NCBI GenBank assembly: GCA_002633005.1 | Contig: NMRA01000120.1 | Location: 745,940 to 809,939 of the forward strand | DNA: 64,000 bases | From: Phoronis australis | Lineage: Eukaryota; Animalia; Phoronida | Direction: 5' to 3' | Shown: positions 25,000 to 38,138 of the stretch, piece after piece | Position numbering within the stretch: the first letter of the stretch is position 1 | Layout of the letters: every line of letters begins with the position of its first letter | Notes under the pieces: generated by a model | Databases searched by the model: none | Seen by the model: only the letters and a program-made list of their open reading frames with translations | What the model was told of the DNA's origin: nothing | Translations under genes and position numbers: made by a program

Positions 25000-26483
25000 T
25001 ACTCCACTGTCTACATCATTGTGTGTATTATTATTTCCATTTCCAAGACATCTACAATCATGCCGACCATTTTCCAGTTACCCCGCGACTGTTGGTTACC
25101 AAGGGGTCCTCTGTCATTAAAAGGTCTTTCCTACATGCTAAGGCTGGCCATGATGGTACTCACTTAGAGCTCCAGTCAGAAGACATTGAGAGCATATTTT
25201 GGAACTGAAAAAGTGGCATAGAATTAACCTGGTTATCTCCTGATTGTGAACCAGGAACTGCATGGACGTCATAGATCATCCTACATTGTGCCTGCATTGA
25301 CATACGTCAAACCAGTAAAACAACAGCCCCACCCCTCTCAGCTCGGACATCGCCAGAATCAGCTACAAATTGCCGAACAGCACATTTATCTGGTCTCAAA
25401 TACTACCACAGATGAGGTGGCTTCAAGGCAGCATGGCGACCATGAATAAAACATGCCCTAGGCTTAATTTACAAGCGGCAAACCGAAAATGGCACCACCA
25501 GAGCGGCAAACCTTACCAAGTAAACCACCGACAAAATTGAGCGGTGGTTCATCCTGAAAAATGTTATTTCTTTGCATTGTGATTTGCTATAATCACGAAA
25601 AGCAACGCATTTCGAGTTTCCGTGACTCATAGGCAAGTCACGCGGTGATCAATTGCGTGCGCGCTTCCGTCGATACTTCTGAAGTAACCAAGCACTTTAG
25701 ATGGACACACCGCGGAAAAAGCAGGTGGACGCTGTCATTTCTTGTGGCATTAGCAGGATGAAGGATGCACACTTCAACTCACTGGAGATTGGGCAGCATT
25801 TCTAAGACATAGACATGCCATCACCAAATTCCCTGAAGGTGACTGTTTCCCTTCTGACTTTCGGCATTTTGAGTAACACGTTGTGTCTTTTGTTAAAGTA
25901 CCGATTTCCTTAGGTAATAGTAAAAACACAAAAAGTATTAATATCTTTTGCTCTCATTTCAGCGAGAACTCCGACGCTGGCTGTCCTTCTGAAATGCTCG
26001 AGAGGAATTGCCAAGTAATTTGCGTTCCACACTCAAGCACGCAGACGGCAACGTCTTCCCAAATGTCAGGGAACTTTGGGCANTTCATCAGTGTTTACAT
26101 TGTTCGGACTGCGCTCCTAAGTAAGTATTGATTATTCACCGCTTGGAGCGCTAGTGTTTCGACCGGTAACCATTGCGGCGAATGGTAAAATGGCGGAGTG
26201 AACTCTCCTATACTCGTACACTCCTTGCTTTGGGTGTGTATCCTCTATTCGATCCTGTGAGGCAGAGAGATCATTTTCTGTGCTAAGGCTAGTGAAGACA
26301 AATTTCAGGGCTACTATGTCTGAGGAATGGCTTGCTGGGTTATCACTAATGGCCATGCATTACGCAGCAATGAAAATACTAGACACGTCACCGGTCGCCA
26401 AGTGCTTTATCCAGAGCAACCCAAGGCGTGTGTTCTGCAATGGTATCTTATTTGTCCTAAAATGCGCCAAGTTTTTCCAATGA
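25000..26483 (+). pseudogene. hAT transposase relic (C-terminal dimerisation domain)
   Basis: 26253-26360 reads SCEAERSFSVLRLVKTNFRATMSEEWLAGLSLMAMHY, matching the hAT consensus xERSFSxL..xKT.LR.TM.E.RL..LAL..H. The upstream extent is approximate. Confidence 0.7.
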
Positions 26484-27559
26484 GTAACGGCAAGATGCAC
26501 AAAATACATGTGTGAGCAACAACTGGGCATCAAAAAGTGTCTAGGGAGCAGTTCCCAACTGAGATATTTTGCACGGTGTACTTAGTGTACCAGACAAGCT
26601 TATTTGTGTAGCTATTGACTCTCAGCGCGCTTCGCGTAAACCTTGAATCCCCTCCCCCCACGGAATAATGCGTGTGATTTTTAATGAAATATTCCGATTG
26701 GTGCACTACTCCAAGACAATTTAGCTTTTATTCACAAGCATTTCTCTTGCACTAAGGGTTCGAGACATTATAAGGCGGTCAAACTCAAACATATTTTTAC
26801 ATTTTGAAGACAAAAACCTACATCACAAGAAAGGCGTCGATGTCGAAAATTCGAAAAATGATATTATCATAAAAAATGCATGGTTTATTCAAAACTGATC
26901 GCTATTTATGTGTCTAATTTTGAATCGCTATTTTGATCAGGTCGGCCATCTTGCGATGTCAGCGGCATATGTTACGATTTTAACAGTGATTAAACATTTT
27001 TTCACGAATATTCACACGTATCCTTATCTACTATTCCGTACAATCCAAGAGTTTACACCAGACTTTATCCACGCAGGTGTAAGTTATTGAGTGGTTAAGT
27101 GCTCACAATGGAGCTATTCTCCTCGCGGTGTCGCTGCTGTACTAGTGGTGATTGAACTGCACATGCGTCGCTGTCTGCATGTAAACAGCTAGTAAAAAGA
27201 CGGAATCGTTATCAAAATACGTCGTCGCGCTAAGCCTTATTATTGCTATTTTCCGGATGCCAATCATCTTCGACAGGTAGTCACAAATTCCCAAAATACC
27301 TAAGGTTACTACAGGAGTAGAGAATTGCGGTGAAAAGGGTAAGTGACAAAAAGTGTGTAGATGCCGAAGCCTCATGCCCCGTGTGTGCACTTCGCATTTT
27401 CATTGCGAAACTATGTAATCACGTAACTTACAAATAAGTTTTTAGCAATTAGTTTCTGTGAACATAGTTCAGTGATGTTGTTCCCACCAGTTACTCTATT
27501 GAATAACGGGTTTATTCAGTGGAACTAAGTGTTTCTTTTCAGAAACGCACCCGGGACCC

Positions 27560-29380
27560 CGATGGTAGTCTAGCACTGTAGCAGCACATGCGCCCAATAA
27601 AAGAGGTTATGGGACGTGCCGCTCAGAAGTCAAGGATAACTTTTTCACAGCAGTTACTCTTCAAAACTATGCTTGTTTAATAAAATTCTCTCGTCTAGAT
27701 GAGTGAGTTTCCTCAGCGGACCCCAACCCAAGGACTACTAGTTACTGAATTAACATGAATGAGGTAATCAGTAAATTCGTAACATTACATTGGAAAAAAT
27801 GACACCTAGAATGAATTTAATTTGTATAGATCAGATACATATTTTAGATGTCAAAAAATACACATTCATAAATCACTTTCAGCCTGTTTCACATATTTTA
27901 ATTCAGATCTAATCTTAAAGAAGGCTTGATACAAAGATTATTAGTTTCTACATATAGACATGAATATGAAATGTCAAGTATGTTCTGCCTTACAAAAGTA
28001 GCTTTGTTTCGTATTTTTATTATAATGTACTAATATTTCCCTGTTACAGGTGAGAGAAAACAACTGAAACCGGCTGCTTTACCATCCATTTTACCTTTGG
28101 ACAAAGTGAAAAGCAGTCCTTCAACATAAACCAGAGAGAATTCAACCTCTCAATTCATAAAGTAAGCCCTTGATATCCCTGATTATGGACCCTGTTGCAT
28201 TGGTAAAATTACAATTGTTTTTAACAGTGTTGTTCGTCTGTATGTATGTAGTTGTTCAGTTTGTCATTTTGTTTTTAATACACTGATTCTCGAATCTTGT
28301 AGCATAGCAGATTCTTATCCAGCTAGCTACGATTGGAAACATAATTCGATTGCACGTGGAACTTTTGTTATAGACAAGTTAACACAACACTTAAAACTGA
28401 TCAAAAACCTTCTTAAGAAATCTCTAAAATAGTTACACTCACAAACTCATCAAATGCAAACAAAGGGAATACTTCGTTTTGATCGCCGGACATTTCAGTG
28501 GGTCAGCAGGAAAATGACAGTTCGGAAACGTAACCGGTAATCATTTCACCTTATAAAGAAGCAGCATAACCGCACTGTATGGGGCTTTAAAACTGAGGAA
28601 ATATTGTGGTTTGAATAACTAGTGACAAACTGACCTGTTGATGAAAAACATTTTTGACCGTCAAAGTGTAACATCAACGGGCTTTTTACCGACAATAAGA
28701 CAATCGATGCAATCACTGAAGTCATTTCCGCATAATGTGTACCAAATTAATTTTTTTACCATTAGTGCAAAGCCTTTCTTCTGAAAGGGAAATTTAATAT
28801 CACTCAGTGAGAAAGGACAGGTATTTATACCAGATGCTTTTGATTTTCATTTCACTGGGATCTAGATTCAGTGGCCTGTGGAAGCGCTTGTAAAATAGGT
28901 CCAGTTTCGTCACGTGACTTTCCATCATGTAACCTCATTCAGCCTCAATACCATCCACAATTAGATCCGTGAAGGTAAACTCAACAGGATATCACTTGAC
29001 TCGCTTTGTGCCCAAAATCTGACCCTGGACTAGACCAGAGGGTTAATAGATCTGCTTTAGTTTCAGTCCCTCATGCTTCTTCCAGGAAAGGAAGTAAACC
29101 ATTGTTGTCCATACATGACTCATTGCTTTTGACAAGGCATCCTCACCAACGAGGCTGGCTGGTGTAGCAGTCAGATATAGTTCCTCTTCACACACAAACA
29201 ATCCACTGGCACATTTTCTTATGGTAACTTAGTACTGCGATTCACATTTCGCCAGTGCCACTGGCTTGTACATTGTGCCATGCGGCACTGCTGGTGTGTG
29301 GGCATGCTTTAGGAAGAGAAACCAGTAACAAAACTTGTCTAAGTGGCGGCTTGAAGGGCCTTAAAATGTCAGTGAACCTG
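27560..29380. mobile_element. Degenerate ISL2EU/Harbinger-like DNA transposon (THAP + DDE on +, YqaJ exonuclease on -)
   Basis: Plus strand: KRLWDVPLR...SSKLC and GERKQLKPAALPSI (THAP-like), plus DCT and HNT traces near 28340-28400. Minus strand 28870-29040: VQGQILGTKRVK*YPVEFTFTDLIV...VTKLDLFYKRF (YqaJ-like C-terminus). Heavily mutated; ends not identified. Confidence 0.5.
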
Positions 29381-31342
29381 AAATAAATATTAAAACATGA
29401 ATAATTAAGTACTTCAGGTTTGGTCAAAAATGTTTCCCCTGTTTTTCAAAAATATGATATGGTAACTGCTCTACAATTTCACACAAAATTAAATAATTAC
29501 TATTTCCAGAAAGCAAGAGTGTATATACTTAGTATTGTATAAAACTGTGTCTTTATTTTTCATTCCTAGCCATAACAATTCTTTAAACGCATCATTTGTC
29601 TGCTAAATTTGCAAGCTATTTGAGACAACTTCAAACCTTTGTTACCCATTTTCAAGCTTTTTGATTTTAGACACTGTCATCAATTTTAAACACTGAACAC
29701 TGATTACAGATTCATGGGTCTGTCAAGCACATTTCCGGTCTAAGGTTGAGGGAACCGTTTCTCAGATTTTTTTTATTTTTCTTCTCATAGAAGATTTGAA
29801 GACTTGGGTCATTTAAAAATGATGTATAATCTTTGTTGCCAAGAGTAATTAAAAAGCGTAAGGCACCATTGGCAGTAAAAATAATGTGTTCAAATACGAC
29901 CTCACTCGCATGTTCACAGCAAAAATGCACGTACGTTTCTTCATAGTATTTGTTCATTTCTTGCTCATAATCGTTGTCGATTTCAATTTCCCTACTTTCC
30001 GCTGTTGTTCAATGCTAGTCGCTGATCTCTTGTGTTCAGCCCATGATGTCACATGGCGGGAAATGTGAAAATTGGCAAAATTGAAAGAGAAATCAAAATT
30101 TTGAGCTAATGACACAAAATAATCATGGATTTGGCTAAATTTTACGTCATACATTTAGTCTGTGGCCACCGGTAATTCGAATTGTGCAAAAATCCATGGT
30201 GTGTACTGTTTCAGTAATAATCCTTTTATGGCACTCAGTCGCCATGGTAACAATCATGCATATCGACTTTATACTTAACGTGAGCTTGGTTCGACCTGTA
30301 TATCTGAATTTTCCCAAAGTACATTCTAAGATACTTATTGTGGCAAAAGGCTGTTAGGATAATTTTAGTTGGCGTATCAATTAATAATTATCCTCAGTTA
30401 CAACAGTAGACAGAAACCAAAATATCGCAACAAAATAATAGATTTATATAGAAACGGCGTTCTCAAACATACACGTGCAATTTTGGTCCTTGATCGAAAC
30501 GTTTTGGCCAAATTTCATGAAATTTCACCAAAAAATATTGTTGTAAAAACTACCACGAGGGGAAGCAGTAGTTGAAGTATCTAAAATTAGACCTCGACTT
30601 TTTGATCACCAAAGAAACATATTTACAAAAACTAGTGAAGACCTTTATGAGGTTTATGAGATATAGCTGCATATTGCTAGTAGTCAGACACTGTAAACTA
30701 CACGATGATTTGCCTATCGGTTGTTGCTTGAAAACAAAGAAGCGTTCATTTTTAATTTTATTTTACATTCTTAGTAAGACAGCTGATGAAAATATCATTA
30801 GAAATCACCAGTAGCCCGAAAAACTGGCCCCAAATGCATTTTAAAAATGGCTAAAATCAAATACACAAAATTGGGCCAATGGCACTCCAATGAAGGTTAA
30901 CGAAAACCCTTTTGAAAATTCAAAGACTGGCTTCTAATTGTGAGGTTCATTGTCTACATAAACATTATACATTTTTTTTTCTTTCCGTTCTTTTAAGTCG
31001 TTTAAAAACATCACTAACTGAAACTTTTTGAACCAAAAATGGCCTATTTTGGGCCAAAATATTCATGGTGCTCTAACTAAAGAAATGGCTAAAAAATTCA
31101 AATAAATATTTTCAACATCTCCCACCAGGATGTATGTCAACACATTTTTTTAAGATTTGAGTCGGTGATCCTAGTGTCGACCTTGTGATGCTCTCTTGAA
31201 ATGACAGTTAATATGATTAAGTGCTGTTAAATACAGTTACATTTACTCTCAGTTGTTCTGTAGAGGACTTTTCAAATATGATCAGGTTGTTTTTTAATCG
31301 CTTGAGTCACTAATATCTTGTATTGGTTTGTCTGTGAGTGAG

Positions 31343-31661
31343 CAGGGGCGGATCCAGGATTTTGAGTTGGGGGGGCAGGGCACAGGAATAACCAGAATTA
31401 ATTTCGCATCACGCGCCCGCCCAGCCTAAAATGTTGGGATTCAGGGGTCTCGAATTTTATGGTTTGTGGACCTTATTACCAAAAACATTACTAAAAAACG
31501 GTAGACAGGTTTGTTCAAGGCCCATGCATTGTGCATTTGCCCCTCGAAACCCCCTTGGTGCGCTCATATGCTAGACAGCACTTCTCACCCCCGAACTGCC
31601 AAACAGTATCTGAGAGAATTTTAGGGGGTCATGGCCCCCTTGCCCCCCTAAATCCGCACTG
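31343..31661. mobile_element. Short non-autonomous DNA transposon (CAGGGGCGGATC family), copy 2
   Basis: Ends CAGGGGCGGATC...AATCCGCACTG, flanked by an imperfect duplication gtgagtgag/gtgagtaac. Confidence 0.65.
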
Positions 31662-31689
31662 GTGAGTAACCAAAAGCTTTAAGCAAATG

Positions 31690-33490
31690 TAGTGGATAAC
31701 ATTTTTCTTGATTTTGCAATACTCAACAATGTCATCTGTAATTCCTGGTCGATTTCATCGAATGTCTGTACAGTTGTAATGCAGAGTACTACTGCTTGAA
31801 AAGCCATCACGTCCAGCACGTCTTGTTTCTTGAAAGTATTTCTCATTAGATGTTGGAGGTTTGTAGTGAATTATATGTCGGACATATCCCATTCATAGTG
31901 CCACTGTGGCAAACACTAACGAATCTTGCTTTGCGGCTTGTATATTTCTATCACAATCTACTATATTCGGTGAAACTCTGCAACCAGTCGGTTTTCTGGT
32001 ACTGGTGGACTAACATACTGGTCTATGAATGAGTAAGAATATCTTACGACATTGGTGTTTTATATATTATAGTGAGTGGATACTCCATCTTTTTTCTTGA
32101 GGCCCTCTGTCAGCTATTGGATGTAAAACTGTCTGGAGATGCTCTTTTGTTTGAGTTGATGGTGGACGCTGGATCTTATGACATTTGATGTTTCACTTAT
32201 CAGGATTTTTAGCTATTATTTGTGGTTTCTTCAGATGTTGGGTGTGTATTATCTTGGTTTGTTGCTGAAAATACAATCCCGGGAACTTAAAGCAAACCAG
32301 CTAAGATGTCACCGATGCGACTTAAGTCCTTGTGAAAGTCAGCCCCCCTGAAAATAAAATGTAAGTAATAAGTGTATGAAAGATGTCCTAAAACTTAGAA
32401 TACAATCATTGCCCGTATCCAGGGCGTTTCGATCAAAGAGTAATATATTAATTTGTTGGTCTGATACATATCAAGGAACTAGTGCAATATGATGAGATGT
32501 TGTTATTGTTTGCATGTGTTTTGGAAAAAAAAATAAATGTTTTAACGAGATCGTGAAACGTTACAATTGCGTCTTTATCAACTACCATCAATGTATAACA
32601 CAGGATTACTTTTATATAAACATTTAAAATGTTATTAAGGTTGAGAATGCATGCCTGCATGACGTTCTCTTATATTTGTTGCTTTGGTAATACTATCATT
32701 GATGAACAATGCTGACAGTAAAAACATCCATGAACATTTGATAATGGTGTGAATTTACGACTCTGTGTCCCAATTTTTGTACTTTAGGTTGACCTAAAAG
32801 GGATGCTGAGTTCACAGTTAATTCCCTGTTGTCGTTTTTTGGGGGAGACATTTTTGATTTTGATTTAGTGCATCTGCGTTCGACAAACGTATGTTTTCGA
32901 TTATTTCTGGCCGCTTTTCTAGATTTACGTAAAACTTCCACGCACCGATTCGAAATTACGGGTTCACATTGTATTCGAAAAGTTATAACAATTTGGTGCC
33001 GTGAAAAATGTTGTGATAACAATAGATATTTTTGTACACAATGTGTCCTTCGTTGATTACAATTGCCACGTTGGAACAAAATTCCTTGTTTCGAAAGAGT
33101 TTCACACCGTCAATTGTTGACATCAGAGCCTCTGGGTGAGCACCACTTGCTTCTTCATCATCAGTACCATCATCGCTGTCGTCTTGACGAAAAAACTGTT
33201 GCTGTTCTGGCATTTTAATCTAACGCACAGCCGTTTTAAAATTCGGAACTTTTCCGGCAACTCAGCATTCTGGTTGAACATTGATGCCATTCAATGGTGA
33301 AATCACCAATGCAAGATTTTTAGTCTCCGCGCACATAATGAAGCTAACTCACTGGCAAATCTTTTTCTAGAGTTGGTAGCACAGCTAGAACATGCATTGG
33401 TCTACAATTGACTCTGAACAGTGTTTTTGTTCATCTTTGAGAGTGAAATTGATTTTCAAATGTTCCAACGCCTTTCGAAATTGCTAAGTC
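31690..33490 (-). pseudogene. RecQ-type (SF2) helicase relic, consistent with an AcademH DNA transposon
   Basis: Motifs in order across stops, frameshifts and intron-like gaps: FTLKDEQ, VLAVLPT, LVISPLN, AHPEAL, AIVINEGH (DEAH position), GADFH, NPDK.NI, YPLTIIY, VFATVAL, IIHYKPP, YFQETRRAGRDG. Confidence 0.75.
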
Positions 33491-33954
33491 GGTAACGATG
33501 GCCTTGAAGATCTAAATTTTGGTGAAGTACAGGGCCAATAACCAATGCAAATGCAATTGTGGAACATCAATGGTCAGTCAACTGTGCTTTTTCTGCTAGT
33601 TTTATTTTATTTTATTTTAATCGCACAGTGAACGTTTAATGTTCACTTAGCATGGGCGGCTCAGCACTGAAAAACGTGGAGCTATAGCCCCCAGACCCCC
33701 CTGTGGTGCACCGCCTATAGACCAAGGGGGCGCAGCACTGAAAAAAGTCGGGGCAATAGCCCCACCCCCCCCCGTCCCATGGTGTGCCTCTCATGCTTAG
33801 TGATAAGTAAACTGTTTCAATGATTTTTTTCGTTTTAAAATTGCTTCTGTTGCTACTAAAGTTACCCCAATATCGTCAGTATTCGCCGCGAGTCCACTCG
33901 AGGATTCCATCGATAGGGCATACCCCGAGTATGTCATGTAAAGGGAAATANACA

Positions 33955-34655
33955 TACTGAGCCACAACACCACGTTCCTTACAATATCTCTTTTTATCAC
34001 TCCGGCTGGTCTGCTCACTCAGCTTGTCCGGAACCTGCTTTGCAGGTTGTTATAGCCCAGTTGGCTGTTTGGTGTACCCACTTGGTACTTTATATGATAT
34101 TGGCCCATTTGGCAGTTTGTTCCCACTTGGTACTTGTTATTGAATTTGCCGCTTTGCTCGACCCAGTTGGTATGCAATCGGCCAATACCCATTTGGTATT
34201 ATGTACCCATTTGGTACTATGCTAACCTGTGCCACTTAGTATCCGATACTCAGTTACACTTTGGGTATCGGAAATGTGTGTGTTATCTCTTGTAATTAAG
34301 GAACCCATTTGGTTTCTTCTGTGAAATATTTATTTGTAGAGCTGTGCCCTGAAATTCCCAATACAACTTAAAATATTTATTATTCTTGTTGTTTTATTTG
34401 TCCCCAATAATTTGATACCAGATGGGTACACAAACCGTATTGGGATGAAATATAACGCACTGTACCAAAAAGGTACACATACAGTAATCTCCAACTTAGC
34501 TACGACATTATTGAGAATTCAGGTTCCGGACCGGCAGCCTTATTGGAGTGTCGTAACATCGGTTTGTCCAATTGCGGAGGACCTGGATGAGCTATGCAGT
34601 TGCTATGTGGGTAAATAGACCAGGAATGTATGAACAAGGTGTGGTTGTGGCTCGC
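33955..34655. repeat. Inverted-repeat-bounded block with short cccatttgg/cccacttgg tandem units
   Basis: tccggaacctg (about 34027) versus caggttccgga (about 34520), and gagccacaac versus gttgtggctc. Internal repeats between 34050 and 34310. Confidence 0.5.
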
Positions 34656-36777
34656 CTATTGCCAAATAGACAATGGACGAGCATCCCTTCTACCCCCACA
34701 ACCCACGTGGGTGGCCGTGACGCCGAACGGGTGGAGGAAACGACGGGCTGTGGTTAAGGGGGAACAAGTGCCAAGTTGCAATTAACAATTCTTACCGACG
34801 GTACAGTTAACTAAAGAATATTGACTATACACCCGAGGACCGTGGAGGTGAGCTGAGCTAAGACGTCATGACTGACTAAATTTATATACGAGTGTTCTGT
34901 TTTGTGCGATGGGCCCGACCTATGTATGTGGCCTGCGCACGATGCTATTTAGGTATCGATCAGACTGCCAGTAATGTTTTAAATCGTAAATATTCCCGCT
35001 AGTGAGAGGCGAGTAGGCCCCGGTGCAGCAGACTTGGAAAAGGAATTTATAATCTATCGCCCGAACCCAAAGTGCTAGCCACTGAAGTGATGTGCTGATG
35101 CGCTAAAATAATGAATTGTGGTATAGAAATCATAGTTTCCGTTCTATAACCGACCATTTTACGCAGCAAGTGAATTGTAAGTCTTCGTCTACAGAGTACA
35201 TCCTTAATTTCGTTACTTTGGACTCATGAGTGGTTTATACCCTGTCAACTGAATGTCATTTCTTTGCTGAACTTTTGTTTCCAGAAAACACGTATTATTG
35301 TAGACCTACTGGTAAATTTACACTCTTGTTAAATGATGGTGTGAATGATCGGTGCCCAGTGCACTGCTCTGTCCGTGCCTCTATGATATTGCTATAGGGC
35401 TAATTTATGTCCCTTGCGTCATGTTTGGCGGACGAAATTTATCTGACTTAGTCGCAGCATTTTAACGTAGATTACTTTCTGAAAGTACCGGTATAAGGTA
35501 CCTTTGGCGATTTCACTCACACGAGGGCGCTATGACCAAGTCAGAAACGTGTCGGAGGTCACGTCAGAGGTTGATGGAGGGTTACATCTCGACATCCACA
35601 CGATCTTGCTCGACTGAAATTGAACCTTAGTTTACGTGGAGTAGCAGCAGATTAAGGAAAGTAATTAGTTCGCTCATTATTTATTGTGCGAAAAACGGGG
35701 GGTTTGATTGGAAAACCAAGTGCTTAATGTCACCGCCAAGCCTATATGAAATACCGGTCAAAATTGTCCTCTACTGTTATTGCGTATTACTTTTGTTGAA
35801 TCGTGCAAAAGCGTGAGTCTCGAACTAGCATCGGATATGATATGCTCATAAAAACCCCGTCTCACAGTTTTAATTGAGTGGCTATAGGGGAAAATTATTC
35901 ACGATGATACTATTTTTGCTTTGGTTTTAACGGTGAATGACTGTCCGTCTAGGGGTCTCTTCTCCACCTACTGTAGTCGTATCCCGATTTAGTACTGGCA
36001 CTTTGACGATTTAGGTTTCAAGTTAAATCGAATATTTCATTTGAATTGGTAATAAGAGACAGTGCTTTGCAGTACTAAAAAGAAGTAGCCCATATATTTT
36101 GAGAATGTGTTAAACCCTTTCCCATAACAAAAGTATAGTGTTGAATAAGACAATGAGCTTATAATTGCGATTTTTTTCTTGTTACATGTACATCAGATTC
36201 TCGATCGCAGTATTGAATGGCTCTGTGCTCAGTACCTTTTCCAGTTGTAGTACTTCAGTTTTCTTCTTAATATCAGGACATGGTGTTACCTGAATTTTTC
36301 ACTGCGTTATTCGGGCTGAAATTGTAGGCGTTTCTATGGTGAGTAAATACATATTGTTCTTATCTCAGCAGTGTACTAAAACAAGAAAACTCGATATTTT
36401 GTAGACTAGTTTCCGTTGCTTTGCTAGGGTACTCTATTAAGCCTCGAAACACGAACTCGTCATTCGCGTGATTCGGCATGGTCTTGTGCCTTCTTGCTTT
36501 TTCTTAAGATTTCCGCGTTTTCCAGAAACTAGATTAGTAATACGTGATTTCTGCTTTAAACTATGTTTCAAACCTTTAAAAATTTAGACAATAAAATGTC
36601 TCAATGTTGGTTACGACTTCAGGTATCATTGTTTACGATAGCGATAATAAAAGCTGAGAGACTACAACATTTTGGAGGGTTCATTTTTATATTTCAGGGG
36701 AACTCTATTAAGTTTCAATTGTCAACGCGTTAGGAAGTACCTAGTTACACTATCAGCATGGTCAGAAGACAACACAG

Positions 36778-37556
36778 TCACTCAATCCATCTTTTGTAAG
36801 GAAGTGTAACCCAAGATCCCCTTCTTTCATTCTCTAGCTGAATCATTGCATTCTGCTCTTCCGCAGTAGGCTTCCTTAGCGTTTCCACCCTACCACCAAA
36901 CACATCGTATGCGCTCTCGTCTAGCTCGTTGACGTTGCGCAGCAGTTTACTCTTGTTCACCTTTCTTGAGTAAGGACCAATTTTGCCGACGTCTATCGAT
37001 GTACATTTCCGTAAAATCGTCTCAATAGTCATTTTTTCCGTTCCCATGGCCCCATCCGACTGTGTGTTGCACTTATTTGAAATATTGCCACGTGAGTTGA
37101 GTGCAACGTAGGGGTATGTACCACCGTTACTCGTTACGTCACGTTCACTGTTCCTTCCATTTCTTCTACTCGACGTCGTGTGCGCGCCGTATTTGTTCAA
37201 GACATTGTCGGCTCTTTCAAAGTTGCTTTCGCTAGCCTCGCTCTCACCGCCTGAATAATCACCATTGATGTGACAGTCACTTCTTGAGTAATGTTCGTCA
37301 GAGAGCGTTGTATCGATCAACTCATTATCTTCAAACTTGTCACTGCTGGCGTCAGAGTCATCTGCTTCTGCCAAAAGACGTCGATGTCGTCGTCTGTTCC
37401 AAAAATACAGCGTGACCAGAAACATCAGGATGATGCATATCGTTGCAGTTATCACCAAGATCCACTCCATACTTACTACTTGTCCAGCAACATTACTTTC
37501 ACTGAGGTCTTCGGGATTTCCTGTGCCGTTGTTTATTTCTAGGTCGTTATTGGACT
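36778..37556 (-). CDS. Terminal exon of a type-I membrane protein: stalk, TM helix and acidic cytoplasmic tail
   Basis: Acceptor tttctcgtag at 37557, phase 1 (matches the repeat exons), open to stop at 36778. TM WILVITATICIILMFLVTLYFW followed by the basic stop-transfer NRRRHRR. Tail of about 200 aa with YPYVAL, YDVF and RRGS. Confidence 0.85.
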
Positions 37557-37899
37557 CTACGAGAAACGCCAGTGGCAACAGTGAATAACAGAACAATTGG
37601 AAAAAGGTGGCACACAAATCAACAGTATGCATTAGAAATATTCAATGACTACATGTACTTGTGAAAGCTTTAAACCAATAAACAATTGATGCTCGGTTAA
37701 AAAAGCAAAGCAACAAATACTTAAAAGTGCTAATCAGTTGATCTTTTACGATGGGCATCCTTCTCGGGGTCCCGTAAAAGTCAATAAAATTCTGTGGGTA
37801 TCAGTAGATCCTGGAAAAATCACAAGACAGTACACTACAGAACCTGTTCCGATAACGTTGTTCTCGTATATACCATAAGAAAAATAGATGGATTGTTAC

Positions 37900-38138
37900 T
37901 ATTGTCGGTACACGAACCCAATCCAGGATTCCACGAGATTGAACTAATAAACTAGAACTCAAACCAGAGCATGTGAAGATTTTCGATAACGTTTCATCAT
38001 CGAAGACTGTACTGCCGATTTATTGAGGATTTACAAACTGGCTCTCCCTGGCAGTCTCTGGATGATTTCCTCTTTGAACCGCCTTAATTTTAGACTTCGC
38101 GTTTAACTTTGCCAACTCACTTTCGCACAAAGGCGCAT
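37900..38138 (-). pseudogene. Dead sushi-like exon copy next to the TM exon
   Basis: APLCESELAKLNAK...Q*IGSTVFDDETLSKIFTC.../SWNPGLGSCTDN|GT. Acceptor CAG>CAT, Cys2>TAA, frameshift. Confidence 0.75.

Noticed and set aside
37557-37632. N-terminal hydrophobic stretch of the 284-aa ORF as a signal peptide
   Set aside because: It coincides with the pyrimidine tract and AG acceptor at 37557, and the phase matches the repeat exons, so intron read-through is more likely. A standalone single-exon gene is not fully excluded.
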